Of a stretch of DNA of 64,000 nucleotides, positions 23,383 to 37,005 are shown piece after piece. The stretch's first letter is position 1, and every line of letters starts with the position of its first letter. The DNA is taken from contig MU626337.1 in the NCBI GenBank assembly GCA_025603075.1, positions 1 through 64,000 of the forward strand, given 5' to 3'. The notes beneath the pieces were generated by a model, which had not been told where the DNA came from, searched no databases, and was given only the letters and a program-made list of their open reading frames with translations. A program made the translations under genes and the position numbers. This DNA comes from Neoconidiobolus thromboides FSU 785 (taxonomy: Eukaryota; Fungi; Entomophthoromycota).

Positions 23383-24438
23383 TTAATGACCATGATAACC
23401 ATAATCATACTCGCAATTGCTATATTTATTGGCATCTTTATATTCTCCATAAAAATCTTCATAAGTACAGGTAGATTCTTTAGGTTTGTTTGAAGCTGTA
23501 GAGGCTACTAGTTTAGTTGAAGTAGAAGTAGACACTGGGGTAGAGGTAGAAGTGGCTGATCGCGTAAAAGTAGATACTGTTCGAGAAGTTAATGTAGGAC
23601 TAGAAACTGATATTGAACTTGTATTTGGATTAGCAATAGAATTAGTGGAGGCAACTAGTACAGTTTTTGGACTTAAATCTTGGCTTGTACTATTATTGAC
23701 AAAGTTTTCAACTGGGGTACTATTACTAGTTCTCACTGGAAGAGTTGAACTAGATATTTGATTTGGAGTATATGAACTTGAATTTTCAATTGGTATACTA
23801 ATACTAGTTTCCGAAGATAGAGTTGAACTAGATCTACTAACTAGAGCGCTATTAGTAGAAGCTTCTACTGGAGTAGATGAGCTCGAAATCTTGTAAATTT
23901 GAGTACTGTTAGTACTTTATACTGGTGAAGTTGAGCTAGACCCATCAACTGGAGTATTATCAGTAACCTTTACTGGTGAAATTGAACTTGATCCCACGCC
24001 TGTAGTACTGCTATTACTTTCTACTGATGGAGCTGAGCCAGATCCTTGGTTTGGACTATCATTAGTAGAAGACTCTACTGCGTTACTATTAGTAGTTGTC
24101 TCTACACGTGGAATTGGATTTGACCCTTGGCTTCGAGTACCATTAGTATTAGTTTCTATTGGCGGAGTTGAACTGAGTTCCCTAACTAGAGTACTGTTAG
24201 AAGTATAGAATGGTATAGATTCAGTTTTTGTTTCAGTTTTTATTACATTGACACCTGAGAAACTAATGTTCGTTTCAGGTATCGATATAGTAATAGTACC
24301 TGCCTTGATAACAACGCTTGTAACTGTTCAGATTTGCGTTTGTACTTTAGTTATCGTTTTAGTTTCTACTGGAAACTTGTCATAATAAGCAGAAACTGAA
24401 TAGCTCAAAATAAGAGCGATGATCAGGCTATATTTCAT
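23383..24438 (-). pseudogene. Secreted Ser/Thr-rich mucin-like protein gene (351 codons) with two in-frame stops
   Basis: Signal peptide MKYSLIIALILSYSVSA and SST.PVE..NS repeats. TGA at 24328-30 and TAA at 23917-19, with no frameshift down to the track ORF 23383-23736. Confidence 0.8.
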
Positions 24439-25505
24439 TATGATAGATTGAAGTCAACTTGATTTTGATGGTATGTTAATTAATAAAAAAATGTGATGTT
24501 TTTAATATCTAATTTTGACTTTTTTATTATTACATATCCCTTATAATTACAACTCTATCAAGTATTTTTTTTCAAGAATTAACTAATTTAAGCTCAATAT
24601 ATTATTGTTTTAGAGTATTTTAATTTAATATGACCTACAAATTGAATTGTTTTTTGCAAATAATTAAATAACACTTAAATATCGTGCTTCTATTTATCAC
24701 TTTCAAAAAATAGCTTAATTGAATAGATCGATTTGTTATGTATTGGGCAATTTAAGTTTGGATTCAAATATATTCAGTAATTAATGTTACATTAACTTTA
24801 TAAAATCAATCTTAAATATACTATGTGTTGTATGTTAATTTAATTCAATCAAATACCACAACTTGCACCACATTTTAGACAATGGGCTAAGACCTTCTGT
24901 CTTAATTTTCAAATATTACTACAATGATATTTTTGGATATTACAAATTTATCACCATTTCAGAAAATTGACTATGTCATATTTCTTTAATCAAAACTCAA
25001 ACATTAAATACAGTAAGCATAAAGTAAATAGTAGCAGATAAATAATATATTTTGTTAACTACAATAACTCCATCCATTTCAAAAATATTTGATGTTTTAC
25101 AATTTCTTAATAAATAGACCATCTTAGCTCTTATAAATTATACTTTATTAGTATTGTTCTTTGTTTACAGATTTATTTGATTAAAGGAAAATTATAAGAT
25201 AATTTTAATACAACATAGCATTGTGAGTTGCACCATTTACATTATTTGATCAAGTATTATGTTATTAATAAACTTTATTTCTATGAAGCAACTATTAAAA
25301 TTCACATAAGTGGCTGTCAGTTTGAAAAGCAATGTTTTAATTAAAGTAGGCCTCTTTTATAGCCAAACGACTTTTGACAAACTTTTATGAAATTAAACCT
25401 AATATTAAGTTCCAGAATAGAGCTTTACCCTAAAAATAGCTATTGAAAATACAACCAAAAAGTAAAAAACCGCCTTTATCATACAAATTTAGCTATATTA
25501 TATAT

Positions 25506-25603
25506 GAGGCTGTTTTTTTTAGTTTCATTATTTTTCCATTTTTTAAGCGCTATTTATGTGGAAAAATTGTCAGTAAAATTCTTAAATACAAAAATACATC
25601 CCC
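25506..25603 (-). mobile_element. MITE copy
   Basis: TSD ATAT on both sides. Confidence 0.9.
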
Positions 25604-25747
25604 ATATACTTAATTATTATTATTGCCTATTTTTAATACATTTCTCAATCTTTTAAGAATTATTAACTGTCTTGATTATTTATTTATAGAATAAATTTAC
25701 TGAACTATAGCGCACAAGCATAAAATCTATTGATACAAGTAGTGTAT

Positions 25748-25843
25748 AGGGATGTGTTTTTTTGTTTAAGGATTTTACTAACAATCTTTCCCCTCAAATA
25801 GCGCTTAAAAAAATGGAAAAGTAATGAAACCAAAAACATCCTC
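25748..25843 (+). mobile_element. MITE copy
   Basis: AGGGATGTG...CATCCTC. Flanks GTAT and ATAT. Confidence 0.88.
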
Positions 25844-27115
25844 ATATATTAGAAAAATATTTATTGAGTCAAAAAAGTAATATTCTTATTTTTATTTAGT
25901 GCTTAAGTATTAGTATGTAGGAATGCTTTTCTATAAAATTTTCAAATACAAATCAAAAACCAACACTTATTAAAAAGTACATACTATTGAATATTAAAAC
26001 TTTTAATTAAACATTATTTCTAAGCTTGATATAAAGGTAACAGTGATATTTTTTTATTCACATATTATAGGTCGAAACTTTATGAGTATATTATTTTTTA
26101 CATAAAGAATATTAATACTTAGCTTCTACTTCCGAGTTGATTTTACACTTAGCACTTAGACCAAATCTTTATAAAAAAATTCCTTTTATTATTTTGTATC
26201 ACTATAAACAAAAGAATCTATTTTAAAAAGTGTATCAGTATTTAGATATAAATTTTAAGTTTGAATATTAGATAAAATAATGTATCATGTAATTTTTTAT
26301 TTCTATTAACTTTGTTAAATTTAACTTTTTATTAACAAAATTTTAATGAAAATTTAAATTCTTTATCAGGTATAGCTAATAAACAAATAAAACCATGAAA
26401 GTTACAGTATATTTTTTTTAAAACATTTTGTATTATTAAATTTCCAACTATTTAATAACTTTTTGTTTACTTTTTCTATAAACTTTTTTAAATTCAATTT
26501 CCTTATAAACTTGAAATTAAAGGTTTTACCATTATTACTTTTTTTAAAAATGATATTTGGTTTCGCTGATAATAACTATGACGCTCCGTGTTATCTTAAA
26601 TAAAGCTGACTATAAATCTGTTCCATAGTAAAGCCGTAACTTTTATACTAGACACCGTGTTTGTTTATTTTACTAAATTTAAAATGCACTAAAAAGTACT
26701 ATTTTCCATTATATAATTCAATGTAGTGACCTAAATTCAATAAGCAATTGGTTGTTTTTATTTATGATGAATATATTTTGATAATCTTAATATGTTAAGT
26801 TATTTCTCATAATATCTACTTTTAAAATAAAAGTTATTTGAGACATCATTAAGCAAAATAAAATACAAACGTATTATAGACTGAAAATTGGTGATGTTAG
26901 AGTCTAGTAAACTTGATAGAATTAGAAAATCAGTTCTCTAGGTGATCCGAAACAGGAAATAAATATTTAATGAGAAATGATATTAATTGTTCTTGAATAC
27001 AAAGTCAAAAATATGACTTTATTGGTCTGGGACGTATTAAAAAAATAACCATGAAATTAGTTTAATACAAAAATAACGAGTTTGTTGATTGTTTTTTTTT
27101 TACTTCTTAATTATT

Positions 27116-28048
27116 ATGAGAGAATTAATTATACCTCCTGCTTATAACCCAACCACTTCACTAGCTGCAATAGCCGTAATATTTAGTGTTAGTCTTTTAT
27201 CCTTTTTTACGAATTGTATTGTGTTGTATTTGGCTTATAGACTAAAAGATAGGTTATATAACTTAAGTTATCAAATCACTTTAGCACTAACATTGACGGA
27301 TTTATCATCCTCAATATCTGTATTCTTCATGTTTGTTTTCCATATGATATTTGGGTATAAGTATGTTTTCAGTAGTTCATTTTATTGTCCAGTTTTCGGT
27401 GCTATAATGGGAGTAGCCTCAGGGATATCTGGAGTACTTATTGCATGCTTAGCCTTTGAAAGATATATGCTTGTTTGTCATGGCAGGCAGCTTCCATCTA
27501 TCATTTCATGGGTTATATTTTCTATATTCTTTTTGATATTAATTTCGACCTCAATGATAAGCTCTATTTATAATGATTTCATACCTGATCCAACTTACTC
27601 ATATTGTCTTCCAATGAATTCTATATCTGCAGATATTGAAAATATAGTTATTAGGGTCGCTTTTATTGGGTCTTTATTAGTGTTAACATATTGCTATATT
27701 GCTATTTTTATTAGATGCTATAGATGGACTATTGCTAAACATAGCGATGACAGCAAATCTCATGAAGAAGCTAGGATGGGCAAATCAGTTGCATTACAAG
27801 CATTATTATTTTTGATTGTATACTACTTATGCTTTATTCCAAAGCTTCTAGTATATTTCTTTAAGCTTGCATTGGGTAAAGAGCATCCAGTTGTTTTGGA
27901 TATTTTAGCACCAGCTGGTATTGCATTTGCTTTTGTTTTAAACCCTGCTATGGTAATATTTTTAAATAGACATTTTAGAAAAGAGATTGGTATCGTTAAT
28001 AACACCTTGGTTGGACGAAAGAAATTAGAAAACTTTGATCTTCTATAA
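27116..28048 (+). CDS. Rhodopsin-like (class A) 7TM G protein-coupled receptor, about 310 aa
   Basis: Seven hydrophobic segments: TM1 N (FFTNCIV), TM2 D (LTLTD), EL1 Cys (FYCP), LAFERY..VC, EL2 YCLP, YCY, CFIP, LNP. First ATG is at 27116 (the track starts at a TTG). Confidence 0.88.
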   Translation: MRELIIPPAYNPTTSLAAIAVIFSVSLLSFFTNCIVLYLAYRLKDRLYNLSYQITLALTLTDLSSSISVFFMFVFHMIFGYKYVFSSSFYCPVFGAIMGVASGISGVLIACLAFERYMLVCHGRQLPSIISWVIFSIFFLILISTSMISSIYNDFIPDPTYSYCLPMNSISADIENIVIRVAFIGSLLVLTYCYIAIFIRCYRWTIAKHSDDSKSHEEARMGKSVALQALLFLIVYYLCFIPKLLVYFFKLALGKEHPVVLDILAPAGIAFAFVLNPAMVIFLNRHFRKEIGIVNNTLVGRKKLENFDLL

Positions 28049-28651
28049 GGACTCTTTTGCTTTACGGAAAATTAGTAAATTCAAGTTATTCATAAGTTTA
28101 ATATATGGTTTATTCTTTATTATTTCAGAAAAATTTATAATTTGTAACCCTTATTAATGAGTATTTCACAAATATTATTAGCTTGGTTATTTAATTATTT
28201 AATCAAATTTTAAAGTTTCTATAAATATATATTAATTATTATTATATAATGCCTCTTACACCATAAAACTTCTAATACATCAAATCCTGTAAACATCAAA
28301 TGATTCTTTTCTCAACAGCCTACTATAAAAATTATGGTAGTAGAGATTAATCGAATAAAAACAAAGAAATTACTTTAAGTTTCAATACCGATATCTGAGA
28401 ACGTTTCAAAAAGATTCAATATAAGAATATACCGTAAACATTGCTCTTGACCATAAAATTCCATATAATTTATTTAGAAAAAATATTTCATACAATACAA
28501 GTTATGTAAAGAATTAAAGTCCTGAAGCAAAATAGGCTATTAGGAACATTTGGCCATATTTTTTTGGAATAGGCATAAAAATGCTACCTAAAATAGTAAT
28601 GTTACATAAAACGATGGATGGTAGATAGTTTTTGCAAAATTATTACAATAT

Positions 28652-28746
28652 GGGAATGTATTTTTGTGTTTAAGAATTTTACTACAATTTTCCCATTCAA
28701 ATGGTGCTTGAAAGGTAAAAAAAGTGATGAAGCCAAAAGCATCCCC
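28652..28746 (+). mobile_element. MITE copy
   Basis: GGGAATGTATTTTTG...GCATCCCC. Flanks ATAT and CTAT. Confidence 0.85.
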
Positions 28747-29504
28747 CTATAATGAACATCAAAACAAACAGACTTATTAAGCCAACATGATGTTTTTTTT
28801 GATTTGTTTAGAACTCATTGTTAAAATTATTGCTATAGATTATATTTTATTTTCAATTGTAATAATATAATCAATCATGTTTGTTATTTCCTAATTTTTA
28901 AAAGCAAAGTAAAAGAAATTTAAGCATTCATCAAATATCAGTAGATAAAAGTAGATTAAATGATCTGTATGGCAACACATTTAGTTTAAAAGATCCAAGA
29001 AAACCTCAAATGGGATATTTATTTTTGACCTTTTTTGTGGACTTTGATATGGCGGAACTGCAGTAGAGATATTTAAGTGTTTTTGTAAACCTGTTTCAAC
29101 CAGCTATAGATAAAAGTTTTTGAGGAGAAAAAAGCGTGGTAATTATATTAGTAACCAATTTAAATCTTAGAGGCACTGGAGAAAACCGAGTGTTTATGAG
29201 CTATCTTGTGAATCCCCTATAGTATCCTTGTACAGAAAATATCCTATTTCCTGGCAATATAATTGAATAACTTAATAAATGGCTTAAATAGCACCCTTGA
29301 TAGCTATCAACTAAATTGTAATAAAATTACCATTAAAGATAAGTTTATAAACAAGTGGAAGTGAGAATTTGAACAAAAAAGAATAATAAATAACAATGAT
29401 ATAAAAAATATCTTTTTTTATACTTCCATTCTTTTTCTGTTGATTTTTTATTTTAAAATGCTTATTTCACTTATTTTCTATAGTTTTATTGAGGGCCATT
29501 GAAT

Positions 29505-29603
29505 GGGGATGTATTTTTGTGTTTAAGGATTTTACTAACAAATTTTCCGCTTAAATAGCGCTTAAAAAATGGAAGAAATAATGAAGTAAAAAAAAACACA
29601 CCA
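29505..29603 (+). mobile_element. MITE copy
   Basis: GGGGATGTATTTTTG start. Flanks GAAT and AAAT. Confidence 0.87.
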
Positions 29604-29915
29604 AAATAGTATTGTTTGAACTATTTATTATTTATTCAGTTACATCATTAATAACTGAAATACTTTTTACATAAAAACAAAGCAGTAGTAAACAAAGTCG
29701 AAATTGATATAAGTTTAAAACTATTAAGTAAAGACTTTAAATATCTTTTAAAATATCACTTACCTTACATTATACTAGGCCTTACAAAATTATGATATTT
29801 TAACATCACTTAATTAAGTTTTTTAAAAATACGGATAATGTCAAACTTTATAAAATATCAATTTTATTTAATAAGAGTTAAGATTGTCTGATTGTACATA
29901 TCGCTATTAATATTT

Positions 29916-30467
29916 TTATTGAATAGGAATTTTGGTTTCTTTATCTTCTTCTTTAATATGTTTAGGAATCAATAAGCTTAATATACCATCATTTAACTCA
30001 GCTTCAATTTCTTCAATAACGATTTGTTGCTTAACTTTAAAGCTTCTTCTAAAATTCTTTTTTGAGTTGCGTTCAGTAATCAACTGTTTACCATACTCAG
30101 CATTACTTGAAGTATTTATTGACTCAGGATTATCATTCTCCTTCTCTGGGTTGTTTTCATTTTCATTTTCATTTTCATTTTCAACTAATACAGCAGTTTC
30201 ATGTTTATTTGGTTTTTCCACATACTCTCCTTTTAGGGTGATTGTATTTTCCACGTTATCAAATGAGATATCTAAATTTTCTTTTTTGAATCCGGGTACT
30301 TCAGCTTCAATGATATAGTAATTAGGGTATTCGACAATATCAACGTTTGGCCATTTATCTTGTTTTAAAGCTGGTTTGCACTCACTATTTTGGAAATAAT
30401 ATCTTATATAAGATTGATTATCAAAAGCAGAAGTACAGGCAGGTTTGGTAGTATATACTTTAAACAT
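29916..30467 (-). CDS. Small heat-shock protein (HSP20/alpha-crystallin) with an (EN)n acidic insertion
   Basis: PNVDIVE...IIEAEVPGFKKENLDI, ITERN...FRRSF, IEAELNDGILSLLIPK, KIPI. ATG at 30467 (MFKVY). Confidence 0.93.
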   Translation of the reverse strand: MFKVYTTKPACTSAFDNQSYIRYYFQNSECKPALKQDKWPNVDIVEYPNYYIIEAEVPGFKKENLDISFDNVENTITLKGEYVEKPNKHETAVLVENENENENENNPEKENDNPESINTSSNAEYGKQLITERNSKKNFRRSFKVKQQIVIEEIEAELNDGILSLLIPKHIKEEDKETKIPIQ

Positions 30468-30503
30468 TTTTATTTTATAAAAAAACATACTAATCTGTAA
30501 CTC

Positions 30504-30581
30504 TTTATATACCTTTTAATTCCATTTTACTTCTTTTATCCTACCTTTTATCGACCTTTTTGAAACTACCTAGAAGCTTCT
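30504..30581 (-). promoter_or_regulatory. Putative HSP20 promoter: TATATAAA (30504-11) and a two-unit heat-shock element AGAAGCTTCT (30572-81)
   Basis: TATA lies about 40 nt upstream of the ATG and the nGAAn-nTTCn palindrome lies upstream of it. Only two clear HSE units. Confidence 0.45.
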
Positions 30582-32301
30582 CTTTTTTAGTTTACGTTTG
30601 CTTGGTGCTTGTATTATTAATATAACTTTTAAGTTATTCTCAGTTATTGTATTTTATTAGTAAACGCAATCGCCCTTGCAAAATAACAATAAAATTTAAG
30701 CTAATTTAATTGGTTAAAAGTCAAAAAAATTAAATACATGGAATTTAATAAAGTATAGAAGCGTTTAACTAGTTAACTGATTGAAACGTATATATACACC
30801 CTGGAAGAAAACCAGCTATAATTGCTGGATACTAAATGCTTAGTCATTTTTGTTTAGGGTATTTATTACAAAGCATAAAATAAAATATTCTATTATTGAT
30901 ATACAATATTCTAATATGTCAATATATTTAATAAAATAGAATATTGATCTATATTTAGTTGTAGTTAAGGTGATAATTTTTATATTTATTTGACTTTTCT
31001 AAAAGTAAGTTTTTGCAAATTTTTACCAATATTTCTTATATACTATTCATGGCATATAAAACTTCCCAAGTTACTGCTCAAAGCGTATATAGATGTTTCA
31101 AAAAAACGACAATTTGAAGTACATTTTTGGATTGAGGTTGATGGTTAACGAGTTAAAGATAGAAGCAAACAGACATATAAAAATAGTCAAAAAAATAGAA
31201 AATGAGATAGAGCATGAAAGCTAAAAAAATCTTACTTCTATAGCTTATATTTTATTGCACACTATATTAATTTAAAGCTGTGAATCATATACCTAGTTTC
31301 ATTTATGGGCTATTTCCAACATTAGATATTATCTCAATTATTCAGTTTTAAAGTTAGCGCAAAAAAACTATATCTTAGATAAAAAATAAAAGTAAAATGA
31401 TATTAAAGATAATAAGAATGTATCAAACAGAACATCTACTAATAAAATACGTCTTTAAATTTCAATGTAGCATTTTCATAGGGATTTAAGAAGTGGATTG
31501 TATTTTTAAAAATAATGATTATTTTTGAAATGATTGTAGAATCTTTATGAAAATAAAACTGTTCAACTTTTATTCGATCAAATTAATTTTATATTTGAGA
31601 AAAACAATTATGGTATAGTAGTATAAAATACAAAGGTTACACGTTAAAAAAAATTGTTATACAAAATAAAATCATAAAAACTACCCCTAAAAAAGTTGCA
31701 AAGCTACAACAGTTGTGCTATGAATCTTATCAGTAGCATTTTATAGTATTACTAATATGAAAAATTAAGTGTAAATTCTAACAAATAGTAAAAATAGATG
31801 AATTTTAACATATCCCAAAACAAAAAGTTTATAATCAGAATCAATATTATTAATTAATCTTAAACTAATGAAAGCATTATTAATAATTTACAATGGTTAT
31901 ATAGTTTTTATTGACAAATGAGCATTGAGTTTGTTTGTTTGTTTAATTTTGGCACATAGCTTAAATTGTATCTTGATTTAAGTATCATCAACATTCATCA
32001 ATATTTCATTATTTACTAAATGAATTATTATTGCCTCAGATTCACTTGACTAAATGTAAAGTACCATACTTATCCTGATCATCTAATAATTCAATATGAT
32101 GTAAAAGTTTTAAAGCTATTAAATTACAAAAGGTTTAAATTGAGCTAAATATAGAAAATAGTGTATTTAAAACCAGTTATCATTAGCGGAGCAATCAACT
32201 AAAAATAATAATTTTTAAGTATATATATTTCTAATATTTAAATAGATAATTATAAAGCTTTAATTAAAAGACTAAACAAACGGGGTACTTTGAAAGCAGA
32301 T

Positions 32302-32398
32302 GGAGATGTGTTTTTTTGTTTAAGAATTTTGCTATAATCTTTCCACTCAAATAGCGCTTAAAAAATGGAAAAATAATGAAACTAAAAAAAACAGTCCC
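32302..32398 (+). mobile_element. MITE copy with AGAT target-site duplication
   Basis: AGAT|GGAGATG...CAGTCCC|AGAT. Confidence 0.9.
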
Positions 32399-34251
32399 AG
32401 ATGCTTTAATAAAGATTTCAATGCTTTCCTTTTACAGTTTTTGCGGCTCTATTGCAATCTCATAAACTATTGACTTAAGAATAAAATTTATCTAAAATCA
32501 CTGAAGTCTAAGTAGATTAAAAAAACCAACCAAGCAAACAGCTGCCTCCAAAGGTTACTGTAAATAAACTTAAGAAACTACAGATGAACTCCTTTTTAAA
32601 TTTTATCTAATTTTAAAATTATATTATATTATCAAATCATTATTAAAAGCAGAAATTGATGATACTGATATTATATCTATTTTCTTGTAGTGATTTAAAT
32701 AAAACTAATAGTTTAAGACTTTTTAAAGTAGAAACCACCGCACAATAAACATTATTATTACAAAAAAATACACCTCCATATCCTTTACTATAAATTAAAT
32801 CATAAAAACTTTATAAAGAGAAAAGATAAACCATGTACTTAGAGCCCCTATACCTTGTTCATGGGTATTCTAGCTGGTGTCTATATAAATTTATTTTCCC
32901 AAGCTATTCTCGATTCTATGAAGACATATTTACCACTTCAGAACATTTCTAAAGCATAGATTGAAAACATTACTTTTTATTTAATATATATAATAAATAC
33001 ATAGTTTTTTATTTTAAAAATGTATTAATAAATGAGTATTATCAGAATTTTTGCTATAGTATATAAATTTATTTGTAATAATGTTGGATATTAGATTTCA
33101 GTAACTTTTTAAACAATCCTCTTATTTTTCTAAAACTTTAAACAAGTTCAAAGTTTTTTTATTAGAATTAAACTATTGACAAACGTTTATTTTGTAATAT
33201 GCAATAATCTATTTATGCAATAAAAAATATTTTTGAATAGAATTTGTAAACTATAAATGTCACTAAAAAGATGCTTCATTGTAGTAGCGAATAGTTTTAT
33301 TTTTTTAATTAGTAATGTTAAAAATAAATTTTTAAATTGATCAAACCCTTTCATTCTTAATTTTAAATGTTTTTGAAAGAATAACAATTTTAAACTGGAT
33401 ATATTAATTTGAAACAGTTAGAATATTATTTATTTTTAAAAAGAACCTAATAAAATATGAACAAACAGCATGTAAATAATCCCAATAATCTATAAGCTTA
33501 TAAAAAAATTATGTATAATTTATGATATCAATAAAATTTACTTGAACATAAAGCAGGAAAATTAAATAGTAATAAAATATTGTTTATGAAAAAGATTATT
33601 ATAGACAAAACAGAAAGCAATGTACAAAAAAAGAAAGTGATATACAAAAAAATCATAATAAAAAAATAAAAGCTTGAATCAATTCTGAAATAGAAATTAG
33701 GTCATTAAAACTATGATATTATCAGTTGTATCTTTAAATCACATTACTTTTAAATCTATACAATTTAACCAAATAAATGGGTGTATATATTTATTAGATA
33801 ACAGTAGGTTGATTTGACAATTACATGAAACGTTATACAAAACGGAATATCAAATATAAAGAGAGAGAAAGAGGGGGTTTATTTAATAAATCTATTAGTT
33901 TTAGGAGAATAAAAAATAGACCAACTGAGATTAAATGTCTAGAGAAAAAAAATCAAAAAAATATGGTGAAATAGCAATCAAAATCTAATTTTTAATAAAA
34001 TTGCCATAATACTTGGCCTTAACATGAAATAAGAAACTATGCAAAACTTGAAATTTGGATTGCATAATAGTAAATTTAAGCGGATTGAAATCAAAATATT
34101 TAAGAAATAAAAAAAGAGGTAAAGCACCAAATCATGCCCCGCTTAAACGGTCTTTAAGTAGAAATTCTATTTATAGTAATCGTACTTGAGCATTATATAA
34201 ACAATTTGATGTGAAATTTCAAATCCATTTTTTTTAAACAATTTGATCATA

Positions 34252-34812
34252 ATGAACAAAAGCCAACATCGCTACGTTAGTATATTAAATGGTACAGGAT
34301 TGAATAGGCCCTATTCTTTATCCATTATAAGCGAAGAATCTTCAGATTCATCCAGCCCTTCTTCCCCAGAGTTTGATTTAGAGTTCTTAGAGCCAATAAC
34401 TCCACATCTAGATCTAGATGATGCTCCAATACGTAAAAACAGACATTGTATAAGGTTCGATAGGCCGCCCTCAATGCCAATTATTTTGGATCATGTCGAT
34501 GCCCCAACCAAAAATAGTTTGAAAAAGGGAATTAAAGCTAATTTGATCAAAAACATTAAAAATAAATCGAATACAATAACAACACCAATAGTTGAGGATG
34601 AGAATAAAACTAAAAAAGTAGATATGGGTCAATTGAATGTTATAAGGCCGCACACAGTAGATGAAACGACCAAAAGAAATATCTTTGGATTTCATATAAG
34701 GAAATCAAGCTCTGCTTTAAACTCAAATGCTTTTGATTCCATGCTATTTGATAATGAAGATAGCACACTACATCTATCACTTACCCCCAATTGGCTTCAT
34801 TCCAGATCTTGA
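34252..34812 (+). CDS. Hypothetical protein, about 186 aa, Ser/Pro-rich and probably disordered
   Basis: GC-elevated open frame in an AT-rich context. First ATG at 34252. No recognised family. Confidence 0.7.
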   Translation: MNKSQHRYVSILNGTGLNRPYSLSIISEESSDSSSPSSPEFDLEFLEPITPHLDLDDAPIRKNRHCIRFDRPPSMPIILDHVDAPTKNSLKKGIKANLIKNIKNKSNTITTPIVEDENKTKKVDMGQLNVIRPHTVDETTKRNIFGFHIRKSSSALNSNAFDSMLFDNEDSTLHLSLTPNWLHSRS

Positions 34813-37005
34813 GTTGACCTTAGTCTGGCTTTCATCATTTTTTAAAAAGTATTTAATTATTTACATACCCTAATTTCTGCTCCCTCTCTAAGTCCTATTT
34901 GAATTTTGTAAAAATTGAAAAATAAATTCATTCCTTGATTATATTAAATATTCGATATTCTTTATTTTGTGTAATATGCGAATACTCTTCATTTTTATTG
35001 TTTTATTACGTTAAGTATTAATCTGTTTTATCTTTAGTATTTCCGATATATGAACATTAACATTATTTACTTCATTTATTTACTTCATTATTTCATTTCA
35101 AACATCGGCTTCAAAAAATTAAAACTATAAGTGCATATTACAACTATTCATTCTCTAAAAATGAAATAGTTTCATCCCTTATTTATTTTTAGAAAATAAT
35201 AAGGATCTACAACTATTAATAATAATTCATAAATTTGATAATAACAACGATCAAAGTAATGGTTAATTATTTAATGTTATGTTAGGCTAACCCACTAATA
35301 TGATATCTTTAGAATTGTCTTAACCTAAACCTCTCCTTTTTGTCTTCCTTTTTTCGATTTTGCTCTTACTATAAATTTATTAATTTTAGCCAAAACTATT
35401 TTTAAATTCAAATATTCGTTAGAATTTTTGAAAAACAGAATTCAAGCTTTTATTAAAACTAAAAACTGTGAAATAATTGGTTTAACCAAAATAGTGATTA
35501 ATACGACATAATAAATTCAATTTCCCACTACTTGTCTTTCGCTATAGTGATCTTGGAGTGTATACTAACTATATTTATAACTAATAATAAGCATATACCT
35601 GTTATTAAATTAACAGGTTTTATTCTTTCTGAATAAATGGTTAATTTAAGCAATCTCATTTCGCTGAAACCACAGTTATAATAACTGTTTTTTTCAAAGT
35701 TATAGTGATGATACTTGTTAGAAGATAAAAGTAGTATCTAAGCAGCGTAGTTAAGTTGAAGTATCCGAATTGAAACATACAATATACTATTAATTTCGGT
35801 AGATTTTAAAATGAGAATAAAAAATCCACAGTTTATAAAAATCTAATTTGCAATATCATAAATGATTGGTGACAGCTTCCATATTAAATAAATGTGGATA
35901 TTAAATTTTCTAATTTAATTTTGGGAACAATCGCATTGATTCGAATTTTCAATGGGTTTTGCAATCTATTGTGTTATTTATAAATAATACATTAAGTTAT
36001 TAATTAGTTGAAATTGAATTTTCAAAAAGTTATATTAGCTTTTAACTATAGTTTTTAAATTAGCAACAGATATAAAAACATAATTAGTAGTTACTATACT
36101 TTGTCAAATAAGCCACTTTTACTTATTTTGAATGCTAATAATATATTGAAATGTATTAACAAAGACTGACTATTGCTGCTATTAATTTAACCTTTTACAA
36201 TAAAAATTAATTGACTAGTTTCAGTTATTATTAAAAATTAATAGAACACTGAAATGTTAATATACTATTTAATCTATATTACGTTACTTTAACTATAAAT
36301 TAATTTCTATTAGATTAATTATAATACTAAAAAGATTGAATAAATTTGTAAATTAAATAATACAACATTCTTAGTCCTCAGATTAACCCTTACGTACAGA
36401 TGCGTTTTCTATACTATAAATCTAACAACTAAAGTAAAGTGCTAGTAATATTGTCGTTTTACAATTTTTAATTTAAAAAATTGTTTTATTTAACATTTTA
36501 GTTTAGCAGAAACCTACTTAAATACAATTAATAGAAAATTGCTCAATAAAACATTTGTCTTTTTTATAACATTTTTATCAAAGTAATAATTTTATCTGAA
36601 GAACTCCCACTTGTTAAAAATAAATGTATAATCATAGACTTTTATAACTAAATTGCACAAATATTAATACGCCTCTTTATGTTAAAATAGTATAAAATTT
36701 ACTGGGCTTTTAATAGATTGCATTACCTTAATCAATTTAATCAGTTAACTATAAAATACATACTATTTTAAATAGTGATTAATTCACTATTTACTATTCT
36801 TCTAAATAAATATAAGATAGAGTAAGTTTTTTTATTAAAATAATAACATTTTAAAATAGCTCAAACTAAAAAATTAGAACAATTGATTTATTTGTTGGAT
36901 ACATAAAGGTTAAATTTCGGGTATATAGGCAAACTCGTATATTAAAATGTGGTAGACCATAATCAACAATGAGTGGGCTTTAAAAAAACAACTATTAAAA
37001 ACAAT

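Noticed and set aside
23917-24330. Stop-codon reassignment or readthrough to explain the mucin-like gene
   Set aside because: Both TGA and TAA are involved, and intact genes in this window terminate at TAA, TAG and TGA.
4530-24438. RIP-like mutation as the cause of pseudogene decay
   Set aside because: Stops include G-to-T (GAA to TAA) changes as well as transitions. I cannot establish a dinucleotide bias by eye, and it needs RIP-index computation.
27880-27960. Opsin identity for the GPCR
   Set aside because: No Schiff-base lysine in TM7 (Ala six residues before the NP motif).
32841-32950. Frame reading PLYLVHGYSS resembling an alpha/beta-hydrolase start
   Set aside because: Under 45 codons, no nucleophile motif, and no continuation.
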